The translations under genes were made by a program, and so were the position numbers. From Candidatus Aenigmatarchaeota archaeon (GTDB lineage: Archaea; Aenigmatarchaeota; Aenigmatarchaeia; JACPZZ01): DNA of 64,000 nucleotides. The notes beneath the pieces are model-generated. The model was not told the DNA's origin, made no database searches, and saw only the letters and a list, made by a program, of their open reading frames with translations. The stretch is taken from NCBI GenBank assembly GCA_016180965.1, contig JACPAF010000001.1, positions 223,513 through 287,512 on the forward strand, given 5' to 3'. Below are positions 17,660 through 27,078 of the stretch, piece after piece (positions within the stretch are counted from its first letter, which is position 1; each line of letters starts with the position of its first letter).

Positions 17660-18151
17660 ATGGTTTCGGATATTTTTACGCCTTTGGTCGGAAATTTAAA
17701 CAACCTCGGTTTTTACAAATTCGTCCTTCCGTGGCTGTTTACGTTGGCCGTTGTATATGGTGTGCTTTTGAAAGTCAAAGTTTTTGGAACTGACCAGCAA
17801 AAATCGTTGACCGCTGTCATAGCTATTGTCGCGGCGTTTTTCGTTGTTAATTACACGCCCGCTGGGTTTGCGTTAGACGGTTTTTTCACTCAAGTCTTTG
17901 GTGTGGGCATTTTGATACTCACCGGCATTTTTGTCGTACTTCTGGTTATGGGTTTAGTCGGGTTAAAAGGCGAGGATATATTCAAGGCTGAGAACCTGAA
18001 AACTGGCGGCGGCATGGCTGTTGTATTATTAGTAGCATTCATAATTTTCCTGTTCTTTACGATCGGCGGAATACATATAGCTTCGGATCAGTTATCTCTG
18101 ATAGCCGTGATGATATTCATGATTGTCGCGCTGGTTTTCATAGCTAAATGA
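17660..18151 (+). CDS. membrane protein family B member 2
   Basis: LGFYKFVLPWLFTLAVVYGVLLKVKVF. Confidence 0.5.
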   Translation: MVSDIFTPLVGNLNNLGFYKFVLPWLFTLAVVYGVLLKVKVFGTDQQKSLTAVIAIVAAFFVVNYTPAGFALDGFFTQVFGVGILILTGIFVVLLVMGLVGLKGEDIFKAENLKTGGGMAVVLLVAFIIFLFFTIGGIHIASDQLSLIAVMIFMIVALVFIAK

Positions 18152-18215
18152 CCGTACGGGATGAAAAAAAAACAAAATCGATAATTTGTATAAATAAAAC
18201 TATGGAAGAATTTCA

Positions 18216-18761
18216 ATGGCAACTTTTGATTTCATCGCACTGCAAAACACGTTAAAAGCAATGGGCTTTTACGACTTTGTTTTGCCTTGGCTGTTAGCGT
18301 TTGCGATCGTGTTCGGCATTTTACAAACAGTTAAAATTTTTAAGAAAGGTGATGCGTCAAACACGTCCGTCGACGCTGTTGTTTCGCTAGTTGTTGCGTT
18401 CTACCTGACAATATTCACTCCTTATTCCGGATTCTTGTCGTCGTTCTTCAGTAAATTATTCGGAAGCTCAATAATAATGCTGTCGAGCGTTCTCGTACTG
18501 TTAATGTTCGTGGGAATATTCGGGTTTAACATAAAAGATCTTCTGTCAAAGAAGGACGGTGAGAAGACAGAGCTCACGCCGATTGGTATAGCAGGTTTAA
18601 TAGGCGCGTTTATCGTCGCAGCAATACTTTTCATCAATGCCACTTCGGGCGTGTTTTCTTTCGGCGGTTCGGACATTTTAAACGGCGATACGCTGACAGT
18701 TCTTTTGTTTTTAGGAATAATCGGCGCGGTTATATGGTTTGTTGTAAAGGGCGCGAAATAA
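18216..18761 (+). CDS. membrane protein family B member 3
   Basis: MATFDFIALQNTLKAMGFYDFVLPWLLAFAIVFGILQTVKIFKKG. About 75% identical to member 4. Confidence 0.55.
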   Translation: MATFDFIALQNTLKAMGFYDFVLPWLLAFAIVFGILQTVKIFKKGDASNTSVDAVVSLVVAFYLTIFTPYSGFLSSFFSKLFGSSIIMLSSVLVLLMFVGIFGFNIKDLLSKKDGEKTELTPIGIAGLIGAFIVAAILFINATSGVFSFGGSDILNGDTLTVLLFLGIIGAVIWFVVKGAK

Positions 18762-18794
18762 GGTTTTAAATACGTCGGAGAATAATCGTAGATA

Positions 18795-19388
18795 ATGGCG
18801 ACGTTTGATTTTATTGGTTTGCAAAACACCCTACGTTCGATGGGTTTCTACGATTTTGTTTTGCCGTGGCTGTTGGCTTTTTCAATTGTTTTCGGCATTT
18901 TGCAGACGGTCATGATATTCAAGAAAGGCGCGGACAACACAAAATCAAACACGTCTGTTGATGCTGTCATAGCGCTTGCCGTTGCTTTTTACCTGACAAT
19001 ATTCACGCCTTATTCCGGATTCTTGTCGTCTTTTTTCAGCAAACTATTCGGCAGTTCAATCATAGTTTTATCAGGAATTTTAATGCTGTTAATGTTCGTG
19101 GGCATATTCGGATTTAATTCCCAAGAATTGTTCGGTGGAACTAAATCTAAAGCGGCGATAACCATAGTCGCGTTGATACTTGCCGGTTTGTTTTTGATAA
19201 ATGCAAGCTCCGGCGTGTTCTCGTTCGGCAACGGCCAGTTAGTTAACGGCGAAACGCTGACGGTTATCGCGTTTTTCGGAATGATCGCTGCGATAATATG
19301 GTTTGTGGTAAATGACGGGAAAACAAAAGAGAAAGACGAGGATGACAAGACTACGAAAATAGACCCAAAAACGGGCAAGCCTATATAG
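18795..19388 (+). CDS. membrane protein family B member 4 (recent tandem duplicate of member 3)
   Basis: MATFDFIGLQNTLRSMGFYDFVLPWLLAFSIVFGILQTVMIFKKG. Confidence 0.55.
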   Translation: MATFDFIGLQNTLRSMGFYDFVLPWLLAFSIVFGILQTVMIFKKGADNTKSNTSVDAVIALAVAFYLTIFTPYSGFLSSFFSKLFGSSIIVLSGILMLLMFVGIFGFNSQELFGGTKSKAAITIVALILAGLFLINASSGVFSFGNGQLVNGETLTVIAFFGMIAAIIWFVVNDGKTKEKDEDDKTTKIDPKTGKPI

Positions 19389-19447
19389 CGAACCTCGAAA
19401 CTTAGATCCGATTCATCTTAAATAGTTTATGCTCCTTTGAATGAATT

Positions 19448-19912
19448 ATGGAGAGAGAGGGCATTTATTCGTTGCCGTTTACTATTGTTCACAACGAGGT
19501 TTCTAGAACAGCCAATAATTTTGGTTACAAGGGTATCAGTCATTCAGATATTTTCTATGATGCACAACATGGGCAATTTGTTTACATGGGCCGAGATGGT
19601 TACCATTCAGTTAGAGAACCAGTCTGGTCCAACGGCTCTGTCAGTGTGTCTAGAAATTTATCTGTGGTCGGAAAACGAATTCTTTTGACATGGCCGTGGG
19701 ATCATCTGCTTATTAGGATGTACGATGAAATTGCAGTTAATACCGCCACAAACGGAGACGGAGTCTTGGGGGCATCTTCGGTAAAAGCTGACTTTTCGAA
19801 AAATTATTCGGGAGAAGTCGCTGACCTATTCTTTACTTTGGACAGGCTAGAAAAGCAACTTTTTATCACAAGTAACGCAGGAATAACCAGATCATTGCCA
19901 CGCGGTCTGTAA
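19448..19912 (+). CDS. hypothetical protein
   Basis: 154 aa ORF with no recognisable motif. Confidence 0.35.
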   Translation: MEREGIYSLPFTIVHNEVSRTANNFGYKGISHSDIFYDAQHGQFVYMGRDGYHSVREPVWSNGSVSVSRNLSVVGKRILLTWPWDHLLIRMYDEIAVNTATNGDGVLGASSVKADFSKNYSGEVADLFFTLDRLEKQLFITSNAGITRSLPRGL

Positions 19913-19915
19913 TTT

Positions 19916-20596
19916 TTACTGCTTGTTTATTTTCTGCAAAGAATCGTTTACAGCGCGCACGGATTCTATCATTGACGGCAATGTTTCTTTGAACGCTTTT
20001 TCAATCGATCCTATCCGTGCGTCTATTTGGTCGAGGTTGTCATGATATTGGTCTAATTTACCTTCGATGCCGCCCGACGCAGACGTACCGGATTCTTTTA
20101 ACGTCCGTATTTGAAGATCGACATCATGCAACCTCTCGTTAACGGAATCGAATCGTTTTTCTATCGCGTCTATCCTGAATTCCAATTGTTTCCATTTCTC
20201 TTCTACGACAGCTTCGACGACTTCTTCGATCTCTGTCGTGGACGGCGATGAATTTAATGCCACTGGTATTTCGGCCATCTCGGGCGTTGAAGGCTCCCAT
20301 TCTGTCCCGGCTTGCATTTGCGGTTGTTGCTGTTCGACTGGAAATTCAAAATCGTTTTGCTGGGCCTGCGGCTGTTCGGGAACAGCGAATCCCATGGGCT
20401 GCATTTCCTGTTGCGGCTGAGTTTGCATTTGTTGTTGGGGCTGCTTTGGCTGCGAAACAGTTTCTTTAACAGCGGTCATGACAGCTGTCCGTTCGTTGTT
20501 CATTGATTGGGAGAAATCGGAATCCTGCGCTGCGGGGCGCGGCATGTTTACAGGCATTGATTGTTTCTCTTCAGACTTCTTCTTGAACAGCCACAT
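19916..20596 (-). CDS. Gln/Pro-rich low-complexity protein with C-terminal coiled coil
   Basis: N-terminal QPKQPQQQMQTQPQQEMQP repeats. C-terminal about 100 aa are heptad-like (LEFRIDAIEKRFDSVNERLHDVDLQIRTLKE). Confidence 0.45.
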   Translation of the reverse strand: MWLFKKKSEEKQSMPVNMPRPAAQDSDFSQSMNNERTAVMTAVKETVSQPKQPQQQMQTQPQQEMQPMGFAVPEQPQAQQNDFEFPVEQQQPQMQAGTEWEPSTPEMAEIPVALNSSPSTTEIEEVVEAVVEEKWKQLEFRIDAIEKRFDSVNERLHDVDLQIRTLKESGTSASGGIEGKLDQYHDNLDQIDARIGSIEKAFKETLPSMIESVRAVNDSLQKINKQ

Positions 20597-20662
20597 AATG
20601 ATTGCCTAATTAATTTTGATTAGCGCTTAATAAATGCTTTCGCAGGCCGACTAAGCTAATTA

Positions 20663-21253
20663 ATGCACGCTGACAGTTTATATTTTGTGGCCGATTTACT
20701 CAGTTATTTTTCAATTATTTTTTTCGATTGGCTTAACCTTTTTACCGCGCCTTTTGCCAAGGGCGATTCCGATGTCCTGTGGATAATTGTACCTATATAC
20801 CTAAGCTGGCTGTTGGCCGAATATTACCAGGAAAAAGCCGGCACAAGCATAGGAAATGCGATAAGCAACGGTTTCATCGGTTTGTGGGTAGGGATAGATT
20901 GGGCGCGCCGTTTGGCGGGCGAGTTCGCGTTAACTGCGGTTTTTGCAGGCAAGGCTTCCATAACCGTGTCCATGTTCATTTACGGCTCTCTGGTAATCTA
21001 TAACGGCATGAAAGGGAGGAAACTGGCGATGCTGATCGGGCGGGTTAAGGAAGTCAGTTATTTGATGATAGTTTTTTCGCCCATAGTTTACGGGTTAGTT
21101 CCGTTGACTTTTGACACAATCATAGGCATCGTGCTGTTTTTCCCCCTGGTTTACGGAATAACAGGAATTGCAGATAAGATATTGCCGTCGCCGCCAGAGG
21201 AAGCGAAGCCTGCTTTGAAAAATGAGACGCAGCCAAACACAGAGAAACAATGA
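20663..21253 (+). CDS. hypothetical polytopic membrane protein
   Basis: 196 aa, 5-6 TM helices. No GxGD or other protease signature found. Confidence 0.4.
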   Translation: MHADSLYFVADLLSYFSIIFFDWLNLFTAPFAKGDSDVLWIIVPIYLSWLLAEYYQEKAGTSIGNAISNGFIGLWVGIDWARRLAGEFALTAVFAGKASITVSMFIYGSLVIYNGMKGRKLAMLIGRVKEVSYLMIVFSPIVYGLVPLTFDTIIGIVLFFPLVYGITGIADKILPSPPEEAKPALKNETQPNTEKQ

Positions 21254-21277
21254 AAACGCGCAAAATTGAGTTTGATC

Positions 21278-21676
21278 CTAGGCCTGTTTTTTGAAATCTT
21301 CAAGCATTTTCCTGACTTCCGAGATTGTTACGAATTGTGATTTAATCGGGTTGATCAGGTCTATGAAACCCTGTATTTCGCGAAGCTCTGTTTTTGTCGA
21401 TGCGCGTTCCATTTGTTTTGATAATTTCCGGGTGTCGTCTTCGATCTTAGACACGCGGTTTGCCAGTTCGTCTATTTTTGCGTTCAATTTGTCAGTCGAC
21501 AGTTTTGCCTGTTTGAACTGCTCAACCACGCTTTGGTCTATGTTCGATAACGTCGATTCCGAACCGCTCATCTTTTGTTCTACCAATCGCAACCGTTTAG
21601 AGTTATCATTGAAACGGCGTATCAACTCCCCGATTACTGCTTGCACGTTGGCTGGTTTCTTGTCGAAGACGGCCAT
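21278..21676 (-). CDS. coiled-coil protein, divergently transcribed from the pilus ATPase
   Basis: 132 aa, heptad-rich (KLNAKIDELANRVSKIEDDTRKLSKQMERAS). Confidence 0.45.
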   Translation of the reverse strand: MAVFDKKPANVQAVIGELIRRFNDNSKRLRLVEQKMSGSESTLSNIDQSVVEQFKQAKLSTDKLNAKIDELANRVSKIEDDTRKLSKQMERASTKTELREIQGFIDLINPIKSQFVTISEVRKMLEDFKKQA

Positions 21677-21710
21677 ATAATAGAATTTAGTTTAAAGGAT
21701 AATATAATAT

Positions 21711-23984
21711 ATGGCCTTGCAGTTTGAGTACAGTCCGGAAGATAATTCTATAAGATTGAACACGCTGGGCACTTTATACGGGTCAAGTTTGGAGGATTTT
21801 GAGGCTATAATGGCAGCGGCGATAGACAAAATTGTCGAGGTCAAGAAAGTTTCGAGAATAATCCTGGCTGAGACGCGCGAATATGAATATGACTGGGAAC
21901 AAACACGCCTGTTGGTTGAGATCGCAAATGCTTTGGACGAAATAGTGCGCGGGCGACGTTTGTTGTCTGTTACCAACATATCCATACCAAATTGCGACCG
22001 GCACACCGCGGAAAGAAGCCATAACGTGCAGCGCATTGTCATTGATTTGATGCGGCGCGACCCTATTGGGGCGTATGCGGAAGTTTTGAGAGAGATACGC
22101 AAAGTGAAAATAGAAGCGCGGAAAAATCCGTACCACGTGCAATGCTACGCGCACTATGTCAATAATTCGCTTGCGCAAATACAGCGAATAATGGAATCCA
22201 CGACTTTGATCCAAATGATCAAAGATAACGTTGCCGGTTATCACATCGGGGACCGTACACTTTACAGAGAAATATTCCACCCTACAATACGGCCGAATTT
22301 CATGTTAACGCGTTTCATGTCCGCGACGCCGAAGGAAGGGCAGGCGGTCGACCGTTATAAAATAGGCGACATAGAAGTTGAAATTTACCGCATACCGTCG
22401 AAATCGGAATTAGTTTATCACGTGATTCCTCCGGAGTTTCAGTTAACGGAAGACAAGTACATGCTGTTGGACGCTGCGAGGCGTTACATGGCTGAACACA
22501 AACCGGTTGAGACTGAATTTTCAGATCCGGAACGCGCGCGCGAAATATTCTCCAACATCGGGCGCGACATGATACGAGACCTTTCGACGAACATGGGAAT
22601 TTTTTTGAGCCCGCTTGAGATAGAAAATATTACTAAAATACTGACGCGGTATACGGCCGGGTTTGGAGTGTTGGAAATATTATTAGCTGACGAAAAAATA
22701 CAGGACATTTACATAAATTCACCGATCGGGCAGAATCCGATTTACATAAACCACGCAGACTACAATGAGTGTTCGACTAACCTAATTCCTACGAAAGATG
22801 ATGCGGAGTCATGGGCAACGAGGTTCCGCATTGCGTCCGGGCGCCCGCTGGACGAAGCTAACCCGGTTTTGGACACGGACATAAATGTTCCGGGCGGGCG
22901 GGCAAGAGTAGCTGCGATCACGAAAACCTTGTCGCCCGAGGGTTTGGCATTTGCATTCCGAAGGCACAGGGATAAACCGTGGACGCTGCCGTTGTTCATT
23001 AAGGCAGGCGCGATAAGCCCGTTGTTCGCGGGTGTCATGAGTTTTTTAGTTGATGGATCAGCATCTATCCTGATCGCAGGCGGAAGAGGTTCTGGTAAAA
23101 CTTCATTATTAAACGCGATGATGCTTGAAATTTCGCCGAACAAGCGGATACTGACAGTCGAAGACACAATCGAATTGGCCGTGGATTACATGAGGAAACT
23201 CGGCTACAATATTGAAAGATTAAAATCGCGTTCCGTGATAACGCATATTGAAACAGAGATGGCTGCGGACGAGGCGTTGCGAACGGCGCTGCGCCTCGGA
23301 GATTCATCTCTGATAGTGGGCGAAGTCAGAAGTCTGGAAGCGAAAGCGCTCTATGAGGCAATGAGAATAGGCGCGTTGTCGAACGTTGTCGCAGGGACAA
23401 TTCACGGTGAGTCGCCTTATGGCGTTTATGACCGTGTTGTCAACGATCTTGGCGTGCCGTCGACGAGCTTCAAAGCCACGGATATAATCGTGATATCAAA
23501 AATGCTTCGTTCTGCGGATGGGTTACACAAATTTCGCCGTGTTACGGAATTAACAGAAGTCCGCAAACACTGGAAGACGGATCCGTATGACGAGAAAGGC
23601 TTTGTCAACCTCATGGAATATTCCGCGTCCGCGGACGAGTTAAAACCTACGGAAATATTATCTACGGGCGAGTCGGAAATAATCAACCGCATCGCCTCGC
23701 TAACAAGGGAGTGGGAAGGCCGTTGGGAGGATGTCTGGGAAAACATACAACTGAGAGCGAATATAAAAAAAGCGATGGTTGATTATTCGATAAAATTGAA
23801 TTTTCCGGAATTGATTGAGGCGCCTTGGGTCACGCAATCGAACGAACAGTTCCATATAATTTCTTCCAGGCTGAAAGAAGAAACGGGCTACATGGATCCC
23901 AAGGAGATATTTTCCAGGTGGGATAAGTGGTTTTCTTCGAAAATCAAGGAACGCGCCCCGCGAATGTCGGCACGGGTTTTGTGA
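21711..23984 (+). CDS. type IV pilus/secretion ATPase (FlaI/PilB/GspE/VirB11 superfamily) with about 300 aa N-terminal extension
   Basis: Walker A ILIAGGRGSGKTSLLNAMM, Asp box TVEDTIEL, Walker B/His box SLIVGEVRSLEAKALYEAMRIGA..VAGTIHG. 757 aa versus about 540 aa for FlaI. Confidence 0.85.
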   Translation: MALQFEYSPEDNSIRLNTLGTLYGSSLEDFEAIMAAAIDKIVEVKKVSRIILAETREYEYDWEQTRLLVEIANALDEIVRGRRLLSVTNISIPNCDRHTAERSHNVQRIVIDLMRRDPIGAYAEVLREIRKVKIEARKNPYHVQCYAHYVNNSLAQIQRIMESTTLIQMIKDNVAGYHIGDRTLYREIFHPTIRPNFMLTRFMSATPKEGQAVDRYKIGDIEVEIYRIPSKSELVYHVIPPEFQLTEDKYMLLDAARRYMAEHKPVETEFSDPERAREIFSNIGRDMIRDLSTNMGIFLSPLEIENITKILTRYTAGFGVLEILLADEKIQDIYINSPIGQNPIYINHADYNECSTNLIPTKDDAESWATRFRIASGRPLDEANPVLDTDINVPGGRARVAAITKTLSPEGLAFAFRRHRDKPWTLPLFIKAGAISPLFAGVMSFLVDGSASILIAGGRGSGKTSLLNAMMLEISPNKRILTVEDTIELAVDYMRKLGYNIERLKSRSVITHIETEMAADEALRTALRLGDSSLIVGEVRSLEAKALYEAMRIGALSNVVAGTIHGESPYGVYDRVVNDLGVPSTSFKATDIIVISKMLRSADGLHKFRRVTELTEVRKHWKTDPYDEKGFVNLMEYSASADELKPTEILSTGESEIINRIASLTREWEGRWEDVWENIQLRANIKKAMVDYSIKLNFPELIEAPWVTQSNEQFHIISSRLKEETGYMDPKEIFSRWDKWFSSKIKERAPRMSARVL

Positions 23985-23988
23985 TAAT

Positions 23989-26061
23989 ATGTCGGATGAA
24001 AGGAAAAAGATAGACGAGGAGGAACTTGCGCGCATCGCGCGCGATTACCAGACAAAAGTGTTCGATGAGGATAAACCCGAAAAAAACGAGCAGAACTTTT
24101 TGTCGCTTGACTACAAAACGTTCAAAACCGAGGAGAGGGGTTCTAAAAAATCCCTTGGCAATTATGAAAAGCTGTGCGCTATTTCGGAGAAAATATTAAA
24201 GGTCGAGCCTTCGAAGGGTTCTGAAGAACATCTGCGCAAGGAAATAGATTTTACTAACCTACAGTGCGCACCTTCGAGCGTAACGTCGGCAGCATTTTTG
24301 TCCACGATAATGCTGCTTGTCATTTCCCTTGTTTTTATTTTGCTGGGCGCAGTCCCGATATTTGTAGGATTGACGATGCTAATTTTTTCCATGATATCCG
24401 GAGTTTACGTCTACGGTTATCCGTCGAAACGCGCCAAAGATTTCCGCGTTAAGGCGTCGGAGGAAATAGTATTGTCGATAGTTTACATGGTCATATCGAT
24501 GCGTATCTCGCCCAATTTGGAAAATGCTGTGAAATTTGTAGCAACGAATTTAACCGGCCCGCTTGCCTTGGATTTCCGCAAATTGCTGTGGGACATTTAC
24601 ATGCGGAAAGAGGAAAGCATCGATAAGGCGCTGGGCACGTACATAGACGCGCGATGGAAAAACGAGAACGAGGAATTTTCTTCGGCTTTGACATTAATAC
24701 GCAATTCGATAGACCAGCCTGAGAAGAAACGTCTTGCAATGTTGGACGAGGCTGTTGATGTGATATTAAAAGGCACGAAAGAAAGGATGAGCCATTATGC
24801 ACAGAATCTGCGGATGCCTTTGCTGATAATACATGCGATGGGCATTTTGCTGCCGATAATGGGATTGGTGATGTTCCCGGTATTAGTTTTGTTTTTATCC
24901 AATATTGTGCAGCCGTACATGCTGTTTTTGGGTTATGACGTGTTTTTGTTTTTGGGATTGTACTGGTACACGTCAAGCGTATTGGCAACGAAACCGCCGA
25001 CGCTTTCTAAACCTGATGTTTCAAAACATCCGGACACGCCAAGAGAAGGATATTTCCGCGCTCACGTTTTCGGGAAAAAACTGGAGATAAAAACAATCAT
25101 ATTGCCGTCCATACTTTTCGCAGTTCTGTTTTTCATAGGCTATAATGGAATGGTTTCCGGAGCAAGTTCGTTTGAACGCGTGATTTATTCGACTGTAATA
25201 ATTGCGTCTATTTCGCTTTCGATATCTCTGTACGGTTTCCTTGAAAGTTTCCAGCGTACGAGCGTACGGCGCAAAGTCATTGGAGTTGAAGGCGAGTTTG
25301 CGGAGGCGATTTTCCATTTAGGCAACCAATTGTCTTCAGGCACGCCAATTGAAAATGCGATAGATAAAAACCAGGAGAAGATTCGAGATTTGAGCATCTC
25401 CGATTTTTTCGGGCGTATTGTGCAGAATATTAAAAGAATGGGCATGACATTCGAGCAGTCTATATTCGATAAAAATTACGGGGCCGTTTGGTACTACCCG
25501 TCGAGCTTAATAATTTCCGTGATGCGCGTTGTCGTTGAGGCGGTAAGGAAGGGCGTTTACAATGCGTCGCAATCGATGCTGTCCATTTCCCGCTATCTCA
25601 AGGACGTACATTCCATCGAAGAGGAGTTACGCGACATATTGGGCGAAAGCACGACGAGCATGAAATTTTTAAGCTCGATTCTTGCGCCGATGGTTGCCGG
25701 CGTTACGGTCACGATGGCGTTGATAATGCTCGATATAATCAAAGTTTTAGGAGACAAGCTCGCAGGATTAACGCAACAGGGCGTCGGGACTAGTTTGCCA
25801 TTGTTCTTGACAGTGGGTTTGGATAAAGGCGGCGTGACTGCGGAAATATTCCAGCTCGTGGTCGGCATATACATGATTGAAGTCGCGGGTTTGTTGTCGT
25901 ATTTCGTCAGCAAAATAGAGACGGGCGAAGATAAAATAAATCTTTACCACACATTATCTATCAATATGTTAATTTCATTGATAGTCTACGCGTTTTCGAT
26001 ACTTACCGTTTATTCCACTCTGGGTTCGCAGATACAAAACACAATACTAGGGGGCATTTGA
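23989..26061 (+). CDS. polytopic pilus platform protein (FlaJ/TadC/PilC-like, T2SS-F domains)
   Basis: 690 aa with at least nine TM helices, immediately downstream of the ATPase. Confidence 0.7.
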   Translation: MSDERKKIDEEELARIARDYQTKVFDEDKPEKNEQNFLSLDYKTFKTEERGSKKSLGNYEKLCAISEKILKVEPSKGSEEHLRKEIDFTNLQCAPSSVTSAAFLSTIMLLVISLVFILLGAVPIFVGLTMLIFSMISGVYVYGYPSKRAKDFRVKASEEIVLSIVYMVISMRISPNLENAVKFVATNLTGPLALDFRKLLWDIYMRKEESIDKALGTYIDARWKNENEEFSSALTLIRNSIDQPEKKRLAMLDEAVDVILKGTKERMSHYAQNLRMPLLIIHAMGILLPIMGLVMFPVLVLFLSNIVQPYMLFLGYDVFLFLGLYWYTSSVLATKPPTLSKPDVSKHPDTPREGYFRAHVFGKKLEIKTIILPSILFAVLFFIGYNGMVSGASSFERVIYSTVIIASISLSISLYGFLESFQRTSVRRKVIGVEGEFAEAIFHLGNQLSSGTPIENAIDKNQEKIRDLSISDFFGRIVQNIKRMGMTFEQSIFDKNYGAVWYYPSSLIISVMRVVVEAVRKGVYNASQSMLSISRYLKDVHSIEEELRDILGESTTSMKFLSSILAPMVAGVTVTMALIMLDIIKVLGDKLAGLTQQGVGTSLPLFLTVGLDKGGVTAEIFQLVVGIYMIEVAGLLSYFVSKIETGEDKINLYHTLSINMLISLIVYAFSILTVYSTLGSQIQNTILGGI

Positions 26062-26555
26062 TGAGCGCTTCCGATCAACCAAGGTTTTTGTTCTGGCTAG
26101 TCACTGCGTTCATAATGGCGCTCACGCTTTACGGCGTTGCGTCCTTGCTCTTGCCAAGATTGATAAGGTTTAACCAACTGCCCGAATCAGGCGAGTTGTA
26201 CGTGGACAGCGCCGACGCGCTTTCGACTAGGATTGCGTACAGCATGTGTAATTTGTGGCTCGCGCGCGACAGTTACAAAACCGGTTTTAGCAGCACGTCC
26301 CAGTACAAGTCCGTTTCCGCTTCGGTTGATAAAAACACAGTTGCATCGAAGTTATTCGATTCTGATTGCAAGGATTTCATTTTCAACAAACAATGGACAT
26401 ATACGGGCGACGAGATAGATGCGGATAAAAAAATCTATAACGTGGAAATATCTTTGGAACCGAATACCATAATGATTCCGGGGAGCGGTGAATCTCCATC
26501 AGTCATACTGAATAACGATAACAGAAAGATAATAGTAAATGTGAAAGAGAAATGA
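26061..26555 (+). CDS. membrane-anchored protein translationally coupled to the platform gene
   Basis: Start ATG overlaps the TGA of the platform gene (TGATG). N-terminal TM helix FLFWLVTAFIMALTLYGVASLLL. Confidence 0.45.
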   Translation: MSASDQPRFLFWLVTAFIMALTLYGVASLLLPRLIRFNQLPESGELYVDSADALSTRIAYSMCNLWLARDSYKTGFSSTSQYKSVSASVDKNTVASKLFDSDCKDFIFNKQWTYTGDEIDADKKIYNVEISLEPNTIMIPGSGESPSVILNNDNRKIIVNVKEK

Positions 26556-26564
26556 GATGATTTG

Positions 26565-26798
26565 ATGAATGTGTTAAAGGGCCAGATAGAATCCGAGGCT
26601 GCGAAAACGCTTTTCCTAGGCATACTGGCTTTGGTGGCGTTGGCGGTTATCGTGGCTGTAATATTTGCGTTTCAAGGCCTTTCGTCGGGAGCCAATTTAC
26701 CGAGCGTGTGCGATGTGGGCGGGGGGCTTGTGGATAAAACTGTGTGTTTGCCGGCGCGTGCAACGGCCTGGGTTTACAGCCATACCATCGGGCGATAA
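26565..26798 (+). CDS. small pilin-like protein (class III signal peptide)
   Basis: MNVLKGQIESEAAKTLFLGILALVALAVIVAVIFAF: KG-Q cleavage motif followed by a hydrophobic helix. Confidence 0.5.
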   Translation: MNVLKGQIESEAAKTLFLGILALVALAVIVAVIFAFQGLSSGANLPSVCDVGGGLVDKTVCLPARATAWVYSHTIGR

Positions 26799-26799
26799 A

Positions 26800-27036
26800 A
26801 TGAATAAATGTAAAAAAATTGGCGATGATATGTTAAACAAAAAAGGGATAACAAGCGCAATGCTGATCATTCTCGGATCCATAGCGGCAGGTTTGATAGT
26901 CCTTTTGGTAGTGATAGCTTCTTTGGATGAAAAAACAGGGCTGGTAGCATTGGCAATAGCGATAGGCAAGAGCATATGCGGTTTCATCGCAACAGTTATC
27001 ATAGGCGGTTTCGGATTGGCCATATGCAATATCTGA
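26800..27036 (+). CDS. small pilin-like protein
   Basis: MNKCKKIGDDMLNKKGITSAMLIILGSIAAGLIVLLVVIASL. Alternative ATG at 26830. Not in the track as a separate ORF. Confidence 0.45.
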   Translation: MNKCKKIGDDMLNKKGITSAMLIILGSIAAGLIVLLVVIASLDEKTGLVALAIAIGKSICGFIATVIIGGFGLAICNI

Positions 27037-27078
27037 ATGATATTTTATCTTAACGGACGAATAATCAAGAGGCATAAC

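Noticed and set aside
20663-21253. Polytopic membrane protein considered as the prepilin peptidase (PibD/FlaK)
   Set aside because: No GxGD-type second catalytic motif is present (it has VGID), and the first Asp context (KGDSD) is not diagnostic, so it is left as hypothetical.
22760-23746. Minus-strand ORFs inside the pilus ATPase gene
   Set aside because: They are shadow ORFs opposite a gene with complete Walker/Asp/His box motifs.
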